Notes: generated from the sequence alone by a model not told the origin. 64,000 bases of DNA from an uncultured Methanosarcinales archaeon (GCA_963843555.1 CAWJKV010000017.1:16084-80083), one strand, 5' to 3'. Counted from the first letter of the stretch, positions 34,089 through 45,869 are shown. Numbers and translations are program-made.

Positions 34089-36128
34089 ATGCCGACTAAG
34101 CTAATTGCATCCCTCTGCCCCTACTGCGCCGTGGGGTGTGGCCTCTACCTGGAAGTCGACAAGGGCAGAGCCACAGGTATCGAATATATGAATGACCACC
34201 CCGCTTGCGAGGGGGCGCTCTGCCCCAAAGGCAACGCCCTCCTGGAGATTCTGAACCATGAAGATCGGCTCAAGTATCCCATGAAAAAGGCAGGCGACGG
34301 ATTCGTTCGTATCACATGGGACGAGGCCCTGGACCTGGTGGCCCAGGGGCTTCTCAGAAATATCCGCAAGCACGGGCCGAAGTCCCTGGGTTTCCTGGCA
34401 TCCTCCCGCTGCAATAACGAGGAGAACTACCTCATGCAAAAGATGGCCCGCCTCCTGGGCTCGCCAAATGTGGACAATTGCGCCAGGCTCTGCCATTCTC
34501 CGACTGTTGTGGGCCTGGGGGCTTCCTTTGGCGCCGGGGCCATGACCAACAACCTCCTGGATCTGGAAAACTCGAAGTGCATCTTTGCCATCGGCACCAA
34601 CTTCACAGAGGCGCACCCCATCGTCTCCCGCTGGGCGCTGAAGGCCAGGGACAGAGGAGCAAAAATAATAGTCGCCGACCCCAGGATCACCTCGACCTCC
34701 TGGATGGCAGATATCCACCTGCGCATAAATCCGGGATCTGATATCGATCTTCTCCGGGCTATGATGAAAGTCATCCTGGAGGAGGGACTGGCGGATATGG
34801 AGTTCATACGCTCCCGGACGGTTGGCTTCCAGGATCTTCAAGAGAGCCTGTCGGACTTCTCTATACAGGATGCAGCAGAGAAGACGGGCGTAACTTCAGG
34901 CGAGATCATAAAAGCGGCCCGGGTCTATGCGAAGTCGCCAGCTTCCGCTCTCCTTTACTCTATGGGCATCACCCAGCACGTCTGCGGCACGGACAACGTC
35001 AAAACCTGCGCCACTCTGGCTCTCCTCTGCGGCCAGATCGGGCGGCCGGGCGCAGGCGTCTGGCCCATGCGCGGCCAGAACAATGTGCAGGGGAACTGCG
35101 ATATGGGGGGCATGCCTGAGTTTTATCCCGGATACAAGAGATCTACAGATCCCCAAACCATCGAGTTCTTCAAGGCCGGCTGGAGCGTTCCAGATCTTCC
35201 ACTCGGACCAGGCCTGACCTCCACAGAGATGAATGATGCAGCTATAGACGGTCGCTTGAAGGCGCTCTATATAATTGGCGAGGATCCAGTGGTATGCGAT
35301 GCCAATGTCAAAAAGACCCGTCAGGCATTAGAGAGCTTGGATTTCCTGGTGGTGCAGGAGATCTTCATGACTCCGACGGCAAGACTGGCAGACGTCGTAT
35401 TGCCGGCTGCCGCCTGGGCAGAGAAGGATGGCAGCTATACCTCCATGGAACGGCGAGTGCAGTGGATTGATAAAGCTGTGGAGGCACCGGGTGAAGCCAG
35501 GGAAGGCCTGTGGATCGTCTGCCAGATTGCCAGACGTCTGGGCCTTGAAATGCCATATGAGAATGCAGGCGGGGTGTTGGCGGAGATCAACCGCCTGGTT
35601 CCTCAATATGGAGGCATGACCCGGGAGAGGATCTCGAAGATTGGGGGCCTGCGCTGGCCCTGTCCGGATGAGAAGCATCCCGGCACGGATATCCTGCACG
35701 CCCAGAGGTTCTCGACGCCCGACGGCAAGGCCAGGATGACGACAGTGCAAAACACGCCGCCGGGCGAGGCTGTGACTCCTGAATACCCCATCTTGCTCAC
35801 CACGGGCAGAATAGTGATGCACTATAACAGCGGCTCCATGACCATGAGGAGCGCCTCTCTGCAGGAGCGCGATCCGGAGCTCTATTTGGAGATGAATCCA
35901 CTGGATGCTGCACAGCTCAAAGTTGCCAATGGAGACCTGGTGGTGGTCAGCACGCGCCGGGGTCAAGCGGAAGCCAGAACCAGGATCACTGAAAAGGTCT
36001 TGCCTGGCATGGTCTTCATGCCCTTCCACTATCACGGCACGAACCTCCTGACATCTGACGCACTCGATCCTGTAGCCAAGATCCCGGAGTACAAGATGGC
36101 AGCCTGCCGGATTGAGGCCAAGGTTTAG
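34089..36128 (+). CDS. fdhA: Formate dehydrogenase alpha subunit (Cys-type Mo/W-bisPGD)
   Basis: CPYCAVGCG..LCPKG Fe-S motif, DNCARLCHSP, MGITQH, RGQNNVQG, LTTGR..HY, KIPEYK. Confidence 0.92.
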   Translation: MPTKLIASLCPYCAVGCGLYLEVDKGRATGIEYMNDHPACEGALCPKGNALLEILNHEDRLKYPMKKAGDGFVRITWDEALDLVAQGLLRNIRKHGPKSLGFLASSRCNNEENYLMQKMARLLGSPNVDNCARLCHSPTVVGLGASFGAGAMTNNLLDLENSKCIFAIGTNFTEAHPIVSRWALKARDRGAKIIVADPRITSTSWMADIHLRINPGSDIDLLRAMMKVILEEGLADMEFIRSRTVGFQDLQESLSDFSIQDAAEKTGVTSGEIIKAARVYAKSPASALLYSMGITQHVCGTDNVKTCATLALLCGQIGRPGAGVWPMRGQNNVQGNCDMGGMPEFYPGYKRSTDPQTIEFFKAGWSVPDLPLGPGLTSTEMNDAAIDGRLKALYIIGEDPVVCDANVKKTRQALESLDFLVVQEIFMTPTARLADVVLPAAAWAEKDGSYTSMERRVQWIDKAVEAPGEAREGLWIVCQIARRLGLEMPYENAGGVLAEINRLVPQYGGMTRERISKIGGLRWPCPDEKHPGTDILHAQRFSTPDGKARMTTVQNTPPGEAVTPEYPILLTTGRIVMHYNSGSMTMRSASLQERDPELYLEMNPLDAAQLKVANGDLVVVSTRRGQAEARTRITEKVLPGMVFMPFHYHGTNLLTSDALDPVAKIPEYKMAACRIEAKV

Positions 36129-36251
36129 CTGAAGTATTGCCAGATCCGAGCCTGGGGTTGGGAGCCATTCAGGATTGGCTCTGGCAATGGCCAGTGTCGA
36201 GACCGCTTGCCGGAAGGGTGTGAATTTTAGGGCGACTTCATTATTTGAATG

Positions 36252-36915
36252 CTAAGTCAGGGCAGAATCATCGAACTCAATCTTCTTTTGAGTTTGGAAA
36301 GACCCCGTATAGGTCTGTTCGCTTTTATTCATATTGATCGACCACCCTCGCATGTTCTTGATATTCCAGAGTCCCTCAAAGGCCAATTCTGTGCCATAAG
36401 ACATTGTATTATTGAAGCGGTTGATAGACCTGATCATATTGGTCTCGCTCTTGTCCACATGGCTCAGATTGAACCTCTCGCTTACACTGGCGCCAATGCC
36501 CTTTTCGAATTGTGGTAGACTCAGGCTTTTCCTATTCTTGAGTTGTCCACCTGTAAAAACCAGATCAGACTTCTGGGTGAATTCGACTTCTTTGACGAAT
36601 CTTATTCATGTTTCGTAGAGATTCGAAGTTGATTGAGCCAGTTCCTTTCATCCAGCCGCTGGAATCCACTGCATTGTCGTGAAATGATCCTTTGATGGAT
36701 ACCTCGCCGGAACCCCTTACCGTTGATGACTCATCAAAAAGAAATCCCTTACCAGCAACAGTACTCTCATTTACAGGTGGTCTGTTTCCATAGTCAGGAG
36801 CATGAAAAGGCACACTTGGATCATGATCTGCTGCTTCTGCACCGCAGAAGAAGCCCGCTGCCAACGCTAAGGCCAAAACTCCAGTGAAGACCAGACCGAT
36901 CAAATTCCCTTTCAC
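36252..36915 (-). CDS. Hypothetical secreted protein (frameshift near 36590)
   Basis: Signal peptide in ORF 36565..36915, plausibly continuing in the frame of ORF 36252..36458. Confidence 0.6.
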
Positions 36916-37066
36916 TAAAAATCATGATGGCTAGATGAGATAATTAATCTTTTGTTCCAATCTCATTTAATTCGCAGCTCGTCAGAAGCCCAAGAGGTCC
37001 ACTCGCTCATGAAAACCTTCTTAACCCATTCCCTCCTACATCGATGCCTAACAGGCAGGGTTTAGG

Positions 37067-38095
37067 ATGAGAGAGGTATTGCTGGAATCTCGGGAAGACA
37101 AAACGCAGGTCTATCTCCCGGAGAAGTGCATCGGCTGCGGGACTTGCGTCCAGGTCTGCCCCAAAGGGGAGCTGATCATCGGTTCAGTGGGACCTGTGGT
37201 CCGCGGGCTGATCGATAAGGACTTCATTGAGAAGAGAAAGAGCGGGGCCTGCGTCTTCTGTGCGCTTTGCGCTCGCGTCTGCCCTACAGGCGCTCTGGAG
37301 GTCAGGACCGCTGGCAAGGCGGAAAAGGACGATTCCTATCTGAGCGTGGCTCTCAAGCCAACCGTCGTCGGTGAGAGTTGTGTGCACTGCGGCCTTTGTA
37401 GCGAAGTCTGTCCCCAGGCCTGCATCGAGCTGAAGGACAGGCATCTGGCAGAGGATGGCAGCCTCAGGCTGGGAGGCCAGACGCTGATCAATCTGAACCG
37501 CTGCGTGCATTGCGGCTGGTGCGCTTCCGTCTGCCCCACAGGGGCCATCTCCTTTGAAAAGCCATTCGCAGGCGTATACAGCCGTGATGAAAACGTCTGC
37601 CAGGTCTGCAAAACCTGCGTGCATACCTGTCCTGCCAATGCCCTCTTCAACCGGGATTGGAAGGCGGGCGAGAGGGGCGAGAACGTTACACACAGAAAGG
37701 ACGCCTGCATCTACTGCGGAGCCTGCGCCCAGTCCTGCCCGGTGCGGGCTATAACCGTTCGCAAGACTGCCATTATTCCGGAGATGAAAGGGAAAACGGC
37801 CTTCGAGAAGAAGCTCGCACCTCCTGCTCCCTGGCCCACTCTGACCTCACTACTCGAGACGGACGAATTGGCATGCCTGGGCTGCGGAAACTGCGTCATC
37901 GCCTGTCCGGTGAATGCTCTCTTCGATCCCTACCTGGCAGCAGGACACCTCAATGAGATGGACGAGAAGCCTCTCCTGGAGGTCAAGAACGGCACAGTCA
38001 AGGTAGTGAACCAGGAGGTCTGCGGCTCCTGCGCTACCTGCAGCATGATCTGCCCGGTAGATGCAATCTGGCTGGTTCCGAGAGAGGTGGTCTGA
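37067..38095 (+). CDS. fwdF: Formylmethanofuran dehydrogenase subunit F (polyferredoxin)
   Basis: Eight CxxCxxCxxxCP motifs; first gene of the fwd cluster. Confidence 0.9.
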   Translation: MREVLLESREDKTQVYLPEKCIGCGTCVQVCPKGELIIGSVGPVVRGLIDKDFIEKRKSGACVFCALCARVCPTGALEVRTAGKAEKDDSYLSVALKPTVVGESCVHCGLCSEVCPQACIELKDRHLAEDGSLRLGGQTLINLNRCVHCGWCASVCPTGAISFEKPFAGVYSRDENVCQVCKTCVHTCPANALFNRDWKAGERGENVTHRKDACIYCGACAQSCPVRAITVRKTAIIPEMKGKTAFEKKLAPPAPWPTLTSLLETDELACLGCGNCVIACPVNALFDPYLAAGHLNEMDEKPLLEVKNGTVKVVNQEVCGSCATCSMICPVDAIWLVPREVV

Positions 38096-39882
38096 TGGCA
38101 GCGAATTCTATAAAGACGACAATTATCAAAAACGGTTACGTCTTCGACCCTCTGAATGCAATAAATGGCGAGGTCAAGGACATATTCATAAAGGACGGCA
38201 AAGTTGTGTCAGGCCTTTCCGGCCCGGAGACGAGAGATGCCACAGTGATCGATGCCAGAGGAAAGACCGTCATGCCCGGCGGTGTTGACTCCCACTCTCA
38301 CGTGGCCGGAACCAAAGTGAATACCGGCCGGCTCATGCGTCCGGAAGACCACTACCGATCGGTTCGCAAAAAGACGGATTTAACCCATTCCGGCAGCGGC
38401 TATACAGTTCCTTCCGTCTACAAGCAGGGCTACGAGTACGCGGCCATGGGCTACACCACAGTATTCGAAGCCGCCATGCCGCCGCTGGAAGCCCGCCATA
38501 CGCATGAAGAGATGCGCTCAACTCCCATTCTGGATATGGGCGCTTACATGGTCTTCGGCAACAACTGGTTCATCATGCGTTACCTGAAAGAGGGAGACAT
38601 TGAGAAGGCAGCCGCCTATGTCGCCTGGATGATGAGGACACACAAGGCCTACGGCATAAAATGCGTCAACCCGGCTGGCGTCGAGAACTGGGGTTGGGCC
38701 AAGAACGTTCGCAGCCTGGACGAGCCCAATATTCACTTCGAGGTCACTGCCCGGGAGATCATCAGAGGCCTGGCTGAGGTCAATGAGATGCTGGGCCTTC
38801 CCATGTCCCTGCATCTGCATGCCAATAATCTCGGCCATCCAGGCAACTGGGAAGTAGCCAGAGACTCGCTCATGATAACCTCGGATCTGGATCCGAAGAG
38901 CAAGACGGAGTCTGGAATGGGCAGAGACCAAGGAGAACGCCAGGAGAAGACAGACCGTTTATCTCGCCCACGCCCAGTTCAGTGCCTATGGAGGATCGTC
39001 CTGGAGGGACTTTTGCTCAGGCGCTCCGGAACTGGCGAAGTACATCAACCAGGTGGATAACGTGGTCATCGACAGCGGCTCAGTTCCTTTTGGTCCAGCC
39101 ACCACCATGACCGGCGACGGCCCGGCCCAACACGATCTCTACATGCTTACCGGTCAAAAGTGGTCCAACTGCGATGTAGAACTGGAATGCGGCTCAGGCG
39201 TCCTCTCCTTAGTCGTACCTGAAGAGCAGCCCGGTTCACAGCACCATGTGGGCGATCGGATTGGAGATTTTGCTCCTGGTTGACGACCCCTGGAAGACCA
39301 TCATGACCACGGATCATCCCAACGGCGGCATCTTCACTCAGTACCCGCAGCTGATCACCTGGCTCATGTCCAAGAAGGCCAGAGATGATACTGCCAAGGA
39401 GTGCCACAAATGGGCTTACGAAAAGATCGAGCCTGGGCGGCGTGGACAGGGAGATGAGCCTCTATGAGATTGCCATTCTCACCCGAGCCAATTCTGCCCG
39501 GACCATCGGCATGGCCTACCGCAAAGGCCACCTGGGCCTGGGAGCGGACGGGGATGTGACCGTCTATGATCTCGATCCGACAAATCTGGATGTAAACGAT
39601 CCTGTAAACCTCATCGCCAGGCTGTCCCGGCCGGACTATACAGTAAAGGACGGCCAGATCGTGGCTCGACAGGGAGAGATCGTGGCGGTGCCCGATGGTC
39701 GCAGATACTATTGCCGGCCTTATGTAGATGAGACTCTGGAGAAAGAGATGATGTCGGACGTAAAGGACTGGTTCAAGTACTACACAGTCGGCTTTGCCAA
39801 CTATCCCGTACCGGAGAAGTACCTGAAAAATCCGGTGCCGATACCTGTCAACATGCCTCTGGAGGCAGTGGCGAGGAGGTGA
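38095..39882 (+). CDS. fwdA: Formylmethanofuran dehydrogenase subunit A (frameshifts near 38915, 39210, 39425)
   Basis: MPGGVDSHSHVAG.KVN.GR.MRPEDH, KCVNPAGVENW, HLHANNLG, TTDHPNGG, GHLGLGADGD. Confidence 0.93.
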
Positions 39883-39887
39883 GACTG

Positions 39888-40710
39888 ATGGCGGAAATCA
39901 AACTTGTACCCAAGGGCAAGATTGGAATTACAGTCGAGGCGGAGGTCATCCGGCCCGATGAGTTTTCCAGGATGTCAAAAGAGGAGATAGAGCGACTGCA
40001 GGTCTGGCAGGGGCCGAGAGAGCTCCCCTTGAGCTGAGTTCTTTGATGTGAGCGTCCGAGAAGGCGGCGCGCCGGAGGAAACCAAAATCGTAATCGATGG
40101 CGATGTATCCCGCGTAAAGCGCATCGGCCAGGGCATGAAAGCAGGGAAGATCGAGATCCATGGGGTCGGCAGGAATGCATTTGGGCGCAGAGATGGCCGG
40201 CGGCAGCATCTTCGTTCAGGGAAGTGCCGGTTCCTGGGCCGGCATGGAGATGAAGGGCGGCCTGCTGCAGGTAGCGGGCAGCGTAGGAGACCATGTGGGT
40301 TCTGCCTACCGGGGAAGCTGGCGGGGGATGACCGGCGGTCAGATCCAGATTGATGGGAACGCACGCAGCCAGCTGGGCGGCGGCCTGGTCGGGGGCCAGA
40401 TAGTAGTAGCCGGCAACGTGGAGAATTTCTGCGGCAGTGCGCCAGAGCGGCGGCCTGATTCTGGTCAAGGGCAATGCCGTGCGGGGCTTGGGCGCAGAGA
40501 TGACCGGGGGCACTGCTGCCATCCTGGGTGAGATCAAGCAGTTCTGCCCGGGCTTCATGGAATCGGGCCATGGAGGATAATCCAAAGTTAGGGGAGCTGC
40601 AGTTAGAGGGAAGGTTTGCCAGGTTCACAGGCGACTATGCCATAAGCAAGAACCCCAAAGGTGTACTTTACTGCAGGGAGGGCTGTAAGAATGGAAAGAG
40701 TTTCTGCTGA
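39888..40710 (+). CDS. fwdC: Formylmethanofuran dehydrogenase subunit C (several frameshifts)
   Basis: IDGDVSRVKRIGQGMKAG, GAEMAGG, GSAYRGSWRGMTGG GXGXG beta-helix repeats. Confidence 0.9.
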
Positions 40711-41078
40711 ATACCGGCAGCACCATTGAGGAGGGCAGGCTGGCCAAGGGCGGCAGCAAGCTCACCGATGACTACACGGAGGAGTGCGCCGTCTGCGAGA
40801 TGAATCTGGAGGACTATCTGGCGTTAGGATCGCCTGATAGGGTTATGGTCACCAGCCAGGATGGGCACAACGTGGTCGTTTATGCCTATGCGGATGAGAG
40901 GGTCCTGTCGCATCAGGTCTTCATGCCCAGGGCCATCTGGTCCAATGTAGTGGTGGACCCGGAGACCTTCTCCACAGGCTCGCCGCTTTACAAGGGCTCG
41001 CCGGTCAGGATAGAACCCACAACCGAGAAGGTCCTCTCGGCGGAGGAACTGGTTATGAAGTTATACGTGAGGGGTTAG
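40691..41078 (+). CDS. fwdD: Formylmethanofuran dehydrogenase subunit D (5' frameshift)
   Basis: LNTGSTIEEGRLAKGG..VFMPRAIWSNVVVDPETFSTGSPLYKG. Confidence 0.88.
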
Positions 41079-41081
41079 ACG

Positions 41082-42386
41082 ATGGCATCAAAGAATATTA
41101 TCTGTCCCGTCTGCGGAGCCTCCTGTGACGACATTCAGGTGGAGCTGGAGGGCAAGGGCTTAACGGTCAAGAATGCCTGCAAGATGGGCAATGCCAAGTT
41201 CCAGGAGATCGTAAGCTCTCACCGAATCCGGGAGCCTCTCTGCAGAGTGGACGGAAGCCTGAGACCGGCAACATGGAATGAGGCAATCGATCGAGCAGCC
41301 AGAATCCTAGCCAACGCCAAGCGTCCTCTCTTATTCCTGGGCAGCGAGACCTCCTGCGAGGCCATGGAGGTCGGAATTCATATGGCGGAGTTCCTGGGAG
41401 GAATAGCCGACTCGAACTCCACCGTCTGCCACGGGCCGACGGCCATGGGCATTCAAGAGGCAGGCCGGGTGGGCGCAACCGCCGGTCAGAGCAAGTCGAG
41501 GGCGGACTTGACCGTTTACTGGGGATCCAATCCTCTGGAGTCCATGCCCAGACATATGTCACGCTATGCCGTCTATCCGCGGGGTTATTGGACAAAGCGA
41601 GGGAGGTTCGATCGAACCATAATCACCGTGGACCCCAGAAGGAGCATCACCGCCGAGAACTCGGATCTGCATATTCAGCTCAAGCCCAACACCGATTACG
41701 AGCTTCTCTCGGCTCTGCTCAGTCTCCTGCATGGCAAGAGACCAAATGCTTCTGTGGAAGAGGTCACGGGCGTCTCCATCTCCGAGATGGAAGAGATGCT
41801 TTCCATGATGAAGGGCTGCAAGTTCGGGGCCATTTACGTGGGCCTGGGAATCGCCTCCTCTTATGGCAAGCACCGCAATGCAGAACTCGCCTTCAACCTG
41901 GTCAAAGAGCTGAACGGCTATACCAAGTTCGTGATCGGTGCGCTCAGAGGACACTGCAATGTGGCCGGCTTCAATCAGATTGCATCGTACCTCTACGGCT
42001 TTCCTTTCGGCCTGGATTTCGCGCGAGGATATCCCCGCTACAATCCCGGCGAGTATACGGCAGTGGATGTCTTGAGGGAGCAGGATGTGGATGCAGCTTT
42101 TATCCTTTCAGCGGATCTGGTTTCGCACTTTCCTGCCGCCTGCGCCGAATATCTGGCCAGGATTCCCGTAGCCTGCATCGACATTGCACCCTGTCCTACC
42201 ACCATGATCTCAGATGTTGTCTTGCCGGGCGTAATCGATGCCATGGAGAGCGACGGCACATTCTACCGTCTGGACGATGTGCCGATCTACTTCCAGCCCT
42301 TCACCAATTCGCCCTTCTCGTATACGGAGAGCAACGAAGATACCATGAAGCAGATCTTTGAGCGGGTGAAAGAGATACGAAAATAA
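41082..42386 (+). CDS. fwdB: Formylmethanofuran dehydrogenase subunit B (Cys-type)
   Basis: CPVCGASCDDI, NACKMG, TVCHGP, PRHMSRY, RGHCNVAGFN, GTFYRLD. Confidence 0.95.
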   Translation: MASKNIICPVCGASCDDIQVELEGKGLTVKNACKMGNAKFQEIVSSHRIREPLCRVDGSLRPATWNEAIDRAARILANAKRPLLFLGSETSCEAMEVGIHMAEFLGGIADSNSTVCHGPTAMGIQEAGRVGATAGQSKSRADLTVYWGSNPLESMPRHMSRYAVYPRGYWTKRGRFDRTIITVDPRRSITAENSDLHIQLKPNTDYELLSALLSLLHGKRPNASVEEVTGVSISEMEEMLSMMKGCKFGAIYVGLGIASSYGKHRNAELAFNLVKELNGYTKFVIGALRGHCNVAGFNQIASYLYGFPFGLDFARGYPRYNPGEYTAVDVLREQDVDAAFILSADLVSHFPAACAEYLARIPVACIDIAPCPTTMISDVVLPGVIDAMESDGTFYRLDDVPIYFQPFTNSPFSYTESNEDTMKQIFERVKEIRK

Positions 42387-42480
42387 ATTGGAGATCGGTC
42401 AGAGAAGGCTCTTGCGCAAATTCCCCGCCTGATTTAAATATGCAGATGTGCTAATGGAAAATAGCGGAGGTGAAGGCGAC

Positions 42481-42633
42481 ATGTGTACAGTTGGGGGCGG
42501 GCCAGACATAGGGGAAGTTGAAACTCTGGCAGCCAAAGATTATGAGTGCCTGGACTGCAATAACAAGTTCCAGGGCATGGGAAGAAGACCCATGTGCCCA
42601 TCCTGCAAATCCAGGAACGTCAAGGCAGCTTAA
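42481..42633 (+). CDS. Small zinc-ribbon protein
   Basis: YECLDC..CPSCKSRNV; GGAGGTGA SD upstream. Confidence 0.75.
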   Translation: MCTVGGGPDIGEVETLAAKDYECLDCNNKFQGMGRRPMCPSCKSRNVKAA

Positions 42634-42663
42634 GGGTCAGGCATCAGGATCATCTGCAAGGTC

Positions 42664-43089
42664 ATGCACATACTTCTGAAAGAGGACGAGATCGCCTATC
42701 TCGTGGGCCGGAGCGGCACCATAGCCATGGCCAAGACCAAAGGTATCTTTTTTTATCTGGAGACGGAGACGGCAGAGATCGTTCTATTCACCGAGCCTGA
42801 GGATCTGATGGTGGCCTCGTCCTTTGGCGTGGGAGAGAAGGTCAGGCGCGGTCTGCGATGCACTCTTTATCAGCTCCGTGAGCTTGGCGCGCCATTGATA
42901 GTGCTTCCCAAAGGCCATCCGGCATCGCCACGGCTGAAGGTGGTGGTGTCCATTGGTCCACGCACGCGCCTGAGCTGCAAGATCCAGCCGGGAACGCATC
43001 CTGAGCAGAATGTGCTCTGCGGGTCAGAGGAGTTTCACGACCTGGAAGTGCTGGCCGAGCCTGAGGGTGCAGAGATAAAAGGGCGATGA
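42664..43089 (+). CDS. Conserved hypothetical methanogen protein (3' end possibly frameshifted)
   Basis: 141-aa ORF in operon-like context. Confidence 0.6.
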   Translation: MHILLKEDEIAYLVGRSGTIAMAKTKGIFFYLETETAEIVLFTEPEDLMVASSFGVGEKVRRGLRCTLYQLRELGAPLIVLPKGHPASPRLKVVVSIGPRTRLSCKIQPGTHPEQNVLCGSEEFHDLEVLAEPEGAEIKGR

Positions 43090-43151
43090 CAGGCAATGGC
43101 AATGGATCCGGGCCAGATAATCGTAGAGAAATTGTAGAAGGTGATTTGCTG

Positions 43152-43433
43152 ATGGCAGAGATAAGAGAAGACAGCCTGGTCAGGTACAAGGGCACGGGCA
43201 CTATAGGAACGGTGAAGGTGCTGAAGGTTGAGGACGACGGAGAGACATGGGCCTTTCTGGACAGCACCGGGCTTTACTACCGGCTGGATACACTGGAGCT
43301 GATTGAGAAGGCTCCGGAGCGAAAAGAGCTGGAGGGCATGACCCTGGAGCAGATCCAGGAGAGGTTCAAGCAGACGCAAGATATGATGGATACGGCCAAG
43401 ATGCAGGATGATAACCTGGAGACAGGCGGGTAA
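43152..43433 (+). CDS. DUF2098-like protein
   Basis: VRYKGTGTIGTV..W.FLDSTGLYYR motif. Confidence 0.7.
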   Translation: MAEIREDSLVRYKGTGTIGTVKVLKVEDDGETWAFLDSTGLYYRLDTLELIEKAPERKELEGMTLEQIQERFKQTQDMMDTAKMQDDNLETGG

Positions 43434-43460
43434 AGATGCAGATGCGAGTTATGAGGATTC

Positions 43461-44600
43461 TTGGCCGGAGAGTTTGGTGATAGGATCGGCGTCGTGGTGC
43501 ACGGTCCGGAGATCGTGGACTCGGGCAATGCGATGCGGCTGATCAATTATCTGAAAAAGCATGGCAGCGTGGCCGCTGTCTTGGGCGGGACCATGGGCCG
43601 GGTGGCGGTTATTGATGCTGGCCTGGAGGGCATTATCTCCATCAATCCCAAGAGACGGCCCAGCCTCTCCATCCGGGATCTGGCTCCAACCTCGGATGTC
43701 ATCTTTCTCCTCAGCCAGGCCAAGAGCCGGGAGACGGGTCTGGCATTCGGCTCCATGGTGGCAGCGGCGGCCGGGATTGGAAAGCCTCTTGTTCAAATCG
43801 ACTGCGGCGGAAGATTTGTGGTCGATCTCTCCTCGGAAGAGGACTCAGGAGTGAGAGCAACTCACGAGAAGGCGGCTCAGGAGAAGGGCTTGCGAAGCAA
43901 GTCGCCTCGGAGCTTGGCCTGGATCTCTTGCAACCGTCTCCAACTCATGGCGTCTCTCATCTGGAAGATACCATAAAGCGCACCCTGACGGGAGTCAATC
44001 CGGGCGAGCTGATCTCTATAAATGGAACGGTTGTGGCCAGGGCCACGGGGTCCCGGGTGGAGATCGAGGCCAGAGACGGCAGGATCGTTGCCATAGAGGG
44101 CGCTGATTCCAAGGAGCACGGCCTGGAGAAGCTGCATGACTCCATAAAGTGGATCTGAAAGATGCCATCATCCGCAGCGGCAGTATCCGGCGGAGCCTTG
44201 CCCGGCCGAGACTTGGAGCTATCGGAAACAAGGACGGGGGCGAAGGAGCAGTGTTCATCGATCACTGTGCAGAAGATGCCTTCGAGGCAGCGCAGGGGGC
44301 CAGCGTGGCTGTTACTGTGGGAGACGATACCACTGCCATCGCCGGAGATATTCTCGCCCGCCTCGGCATTCCCGTCGTCGGCATAGTGGACGGAGACCTC
44401 GACCGGCTAGCCGAAAGCCTCACAATGATGCCTGGCAGCGTCATCATCCGGGTCGAGCCGGGATATGACGATCTCGTGGGCAGGCGTGTTTTGGACGAGA
44501 TATTTCAGGGAAAGAAGAGGATCTCTAACAGCTACCGCTGATCTGGCAGAGAAGGTGAAAAAGCTGGCCGGCGAGCACCTGATCGAGATTGAACAGATCA
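43461..44600 (+). CDS. DUF2117 family protein (frameshifted)
   Basis: [57 protein letters not shown]. Confidence 0.8.
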
Positions 44601-45869
44601 AATCCGATTTCTCTTGATAGCCTTAAGCTCCTGGAAAAAGACCGCTGCAGTGGCTGTATCGCCCAGGCCGACGGTGATGCAAGGAGCTTTTGCCAGGAGA
44701 GACGGCATCAAGGATACGATTTCGTCCCCGGAGTCAAGATACGCCCCTCTACCAGCTTTCATGGCCCCATGGCGGCAAAACTCAGATCTAACCTCGAGCC
44801 CTGCAGGATTAACCTCCATAGGAGGCTCTCCTGCAACAGAACCCGTGGCAGCCAAAGCCGCTGCGGCATCGGTTCCGCCCTGCAGGGCAGAAAGCTCTTC
44901 TCCGGCGGTGATCTTTCCCTTCAACATGACGCTCAGAATGTAGTCCCTGGTGTGAACCGCCACTCTGAAAAGCCCCAGTCGCTCTCGCAGCCGCTCCGCC
45001 GCCTGAATTGTCTCAGGCCACCGGCCGGCCAAATATCCTTCTGCTGCCGCCAGCTCATCCTCATTCCAGCCCAGGCTGTCCACCGGCAGGCGTGGGATAA
45101 GAGATTTCATGATCTCAGGATTCTGGAAGTTGCCCATTTCGGCATGGATGAATATCTTCGGGTTCGTCTCCTTCCAGGATTTGATCTGCGCGATTTTCTG
45201 CGGGAAGATCTCCCTGTACTCCTTAAGGGGGGCCAGGTGAAAACCGGAGAGTAGAGCGCCATCTAAATTCTGGATATTATCCCGGCAATAGGAATCGAAA
45301 TGCTCGCTGGAGGCGAGCTTTGCGTTCACCGGGTCGTAGGAGGCAATAAAACGATTATCCGATGGTGCAATTATTCTGCCCTCTGGAGCTACAACGGCAT
45401 CTCCTCTCTTGAATTGAAAGACAAAATGTACCATCTCTTTGTCTATTTCGGATTCTCCAGCCGCCCGGTCGGGCTTTTTCAGGATTCCAGAAATGGGGAT
45501 GCCCACCTCCGGATGAAGCATGCCGACCAATCTCGGTCCCAGTATCGGTGCATTCAGAACAGTACGGGCTCCCAGTGCGGCCAGGACATTGGCCATGATT
45601 CCGGCGTTGCCGCCCAGGCGGAATTGCCAGCGAAAGGACTCCTTGATCTGTCGGGCCACCTCATGTTTCTCGATCAAGATCTCGGCTCCGGATCCTTGCT
45701 TCATGCAGAATAAGAGAGAGGAAATGAGATCATCCCGGCTGCCTATCGACCCTCTCAACTCGCTCTTTATTGTCTGGGCACAGCCCGACTGGATGAGGCT
45801 GGATACTTCCTCTCCGCACAAATTGTAGACAGCATCGATGTTAACGGGATAGGCGCAAATGATGTTCAT
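44598..45869 (-). CDS. ADP-dependent phosphofructokinase/glucokinase
   Basis: CAYPVNID, RLGGNAGIMAN, NRFIASYD, LLSGFH, HAEM, NEDEL, TVGLGDT. Confidence 0.93.
   Translation of the reverse strand: MNIICAYPVNIDAVYNLCGEEVSSLIQSGCAQTIKSELRGSIGSRDDLISSLLFCMKQGSGAEILIEKHEVARQIKESFRWQFRLGGNAGIMANVLAALGARTVLNAPILGPRLVGMLHPEVGIPISGILKKPDRAAGESEIDKEMVHFVFQFKRGDAVVAPEGRIIAPSDNRFIASYDPVNAKLASSEHFDSYCRDNIQNLDGALLSGFHLAPLKEYREIFPQKIAQIKSWKETNPKIFIHAEMGNFQNPEIMKSLIPRLPVDSLGWNEDELAAAEGYLAGRWPETIQAAERLRERLGLFRVAVHTRDYILSVMLKGKITAGEELSALQGGTDAAAALAATGSVAGEPPMEVNPAGLEVRSEFCRHGAMKAGRGAYLDSGDEIVSLMPSLLAKAPCITVGLGDTATAAVFFQELKAIKRNRI

Noticed and set aside
38095..41078. Multiple frameshifts in fwdA/C/D and other genes as pseudogenisation or programmed frameshifting
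   Set aside because: 1-nt indels are scattered window-wide, often at short homopolymers, in otherwise well-conserved proteins; sequencing/assembly error is the simpler explanation
34089..42386. Selenocysteine or pyrrolysine recoding in fdhA/fwdB
   Set aside because: Active-site positions are Cys codons in uninterrupted ORFs
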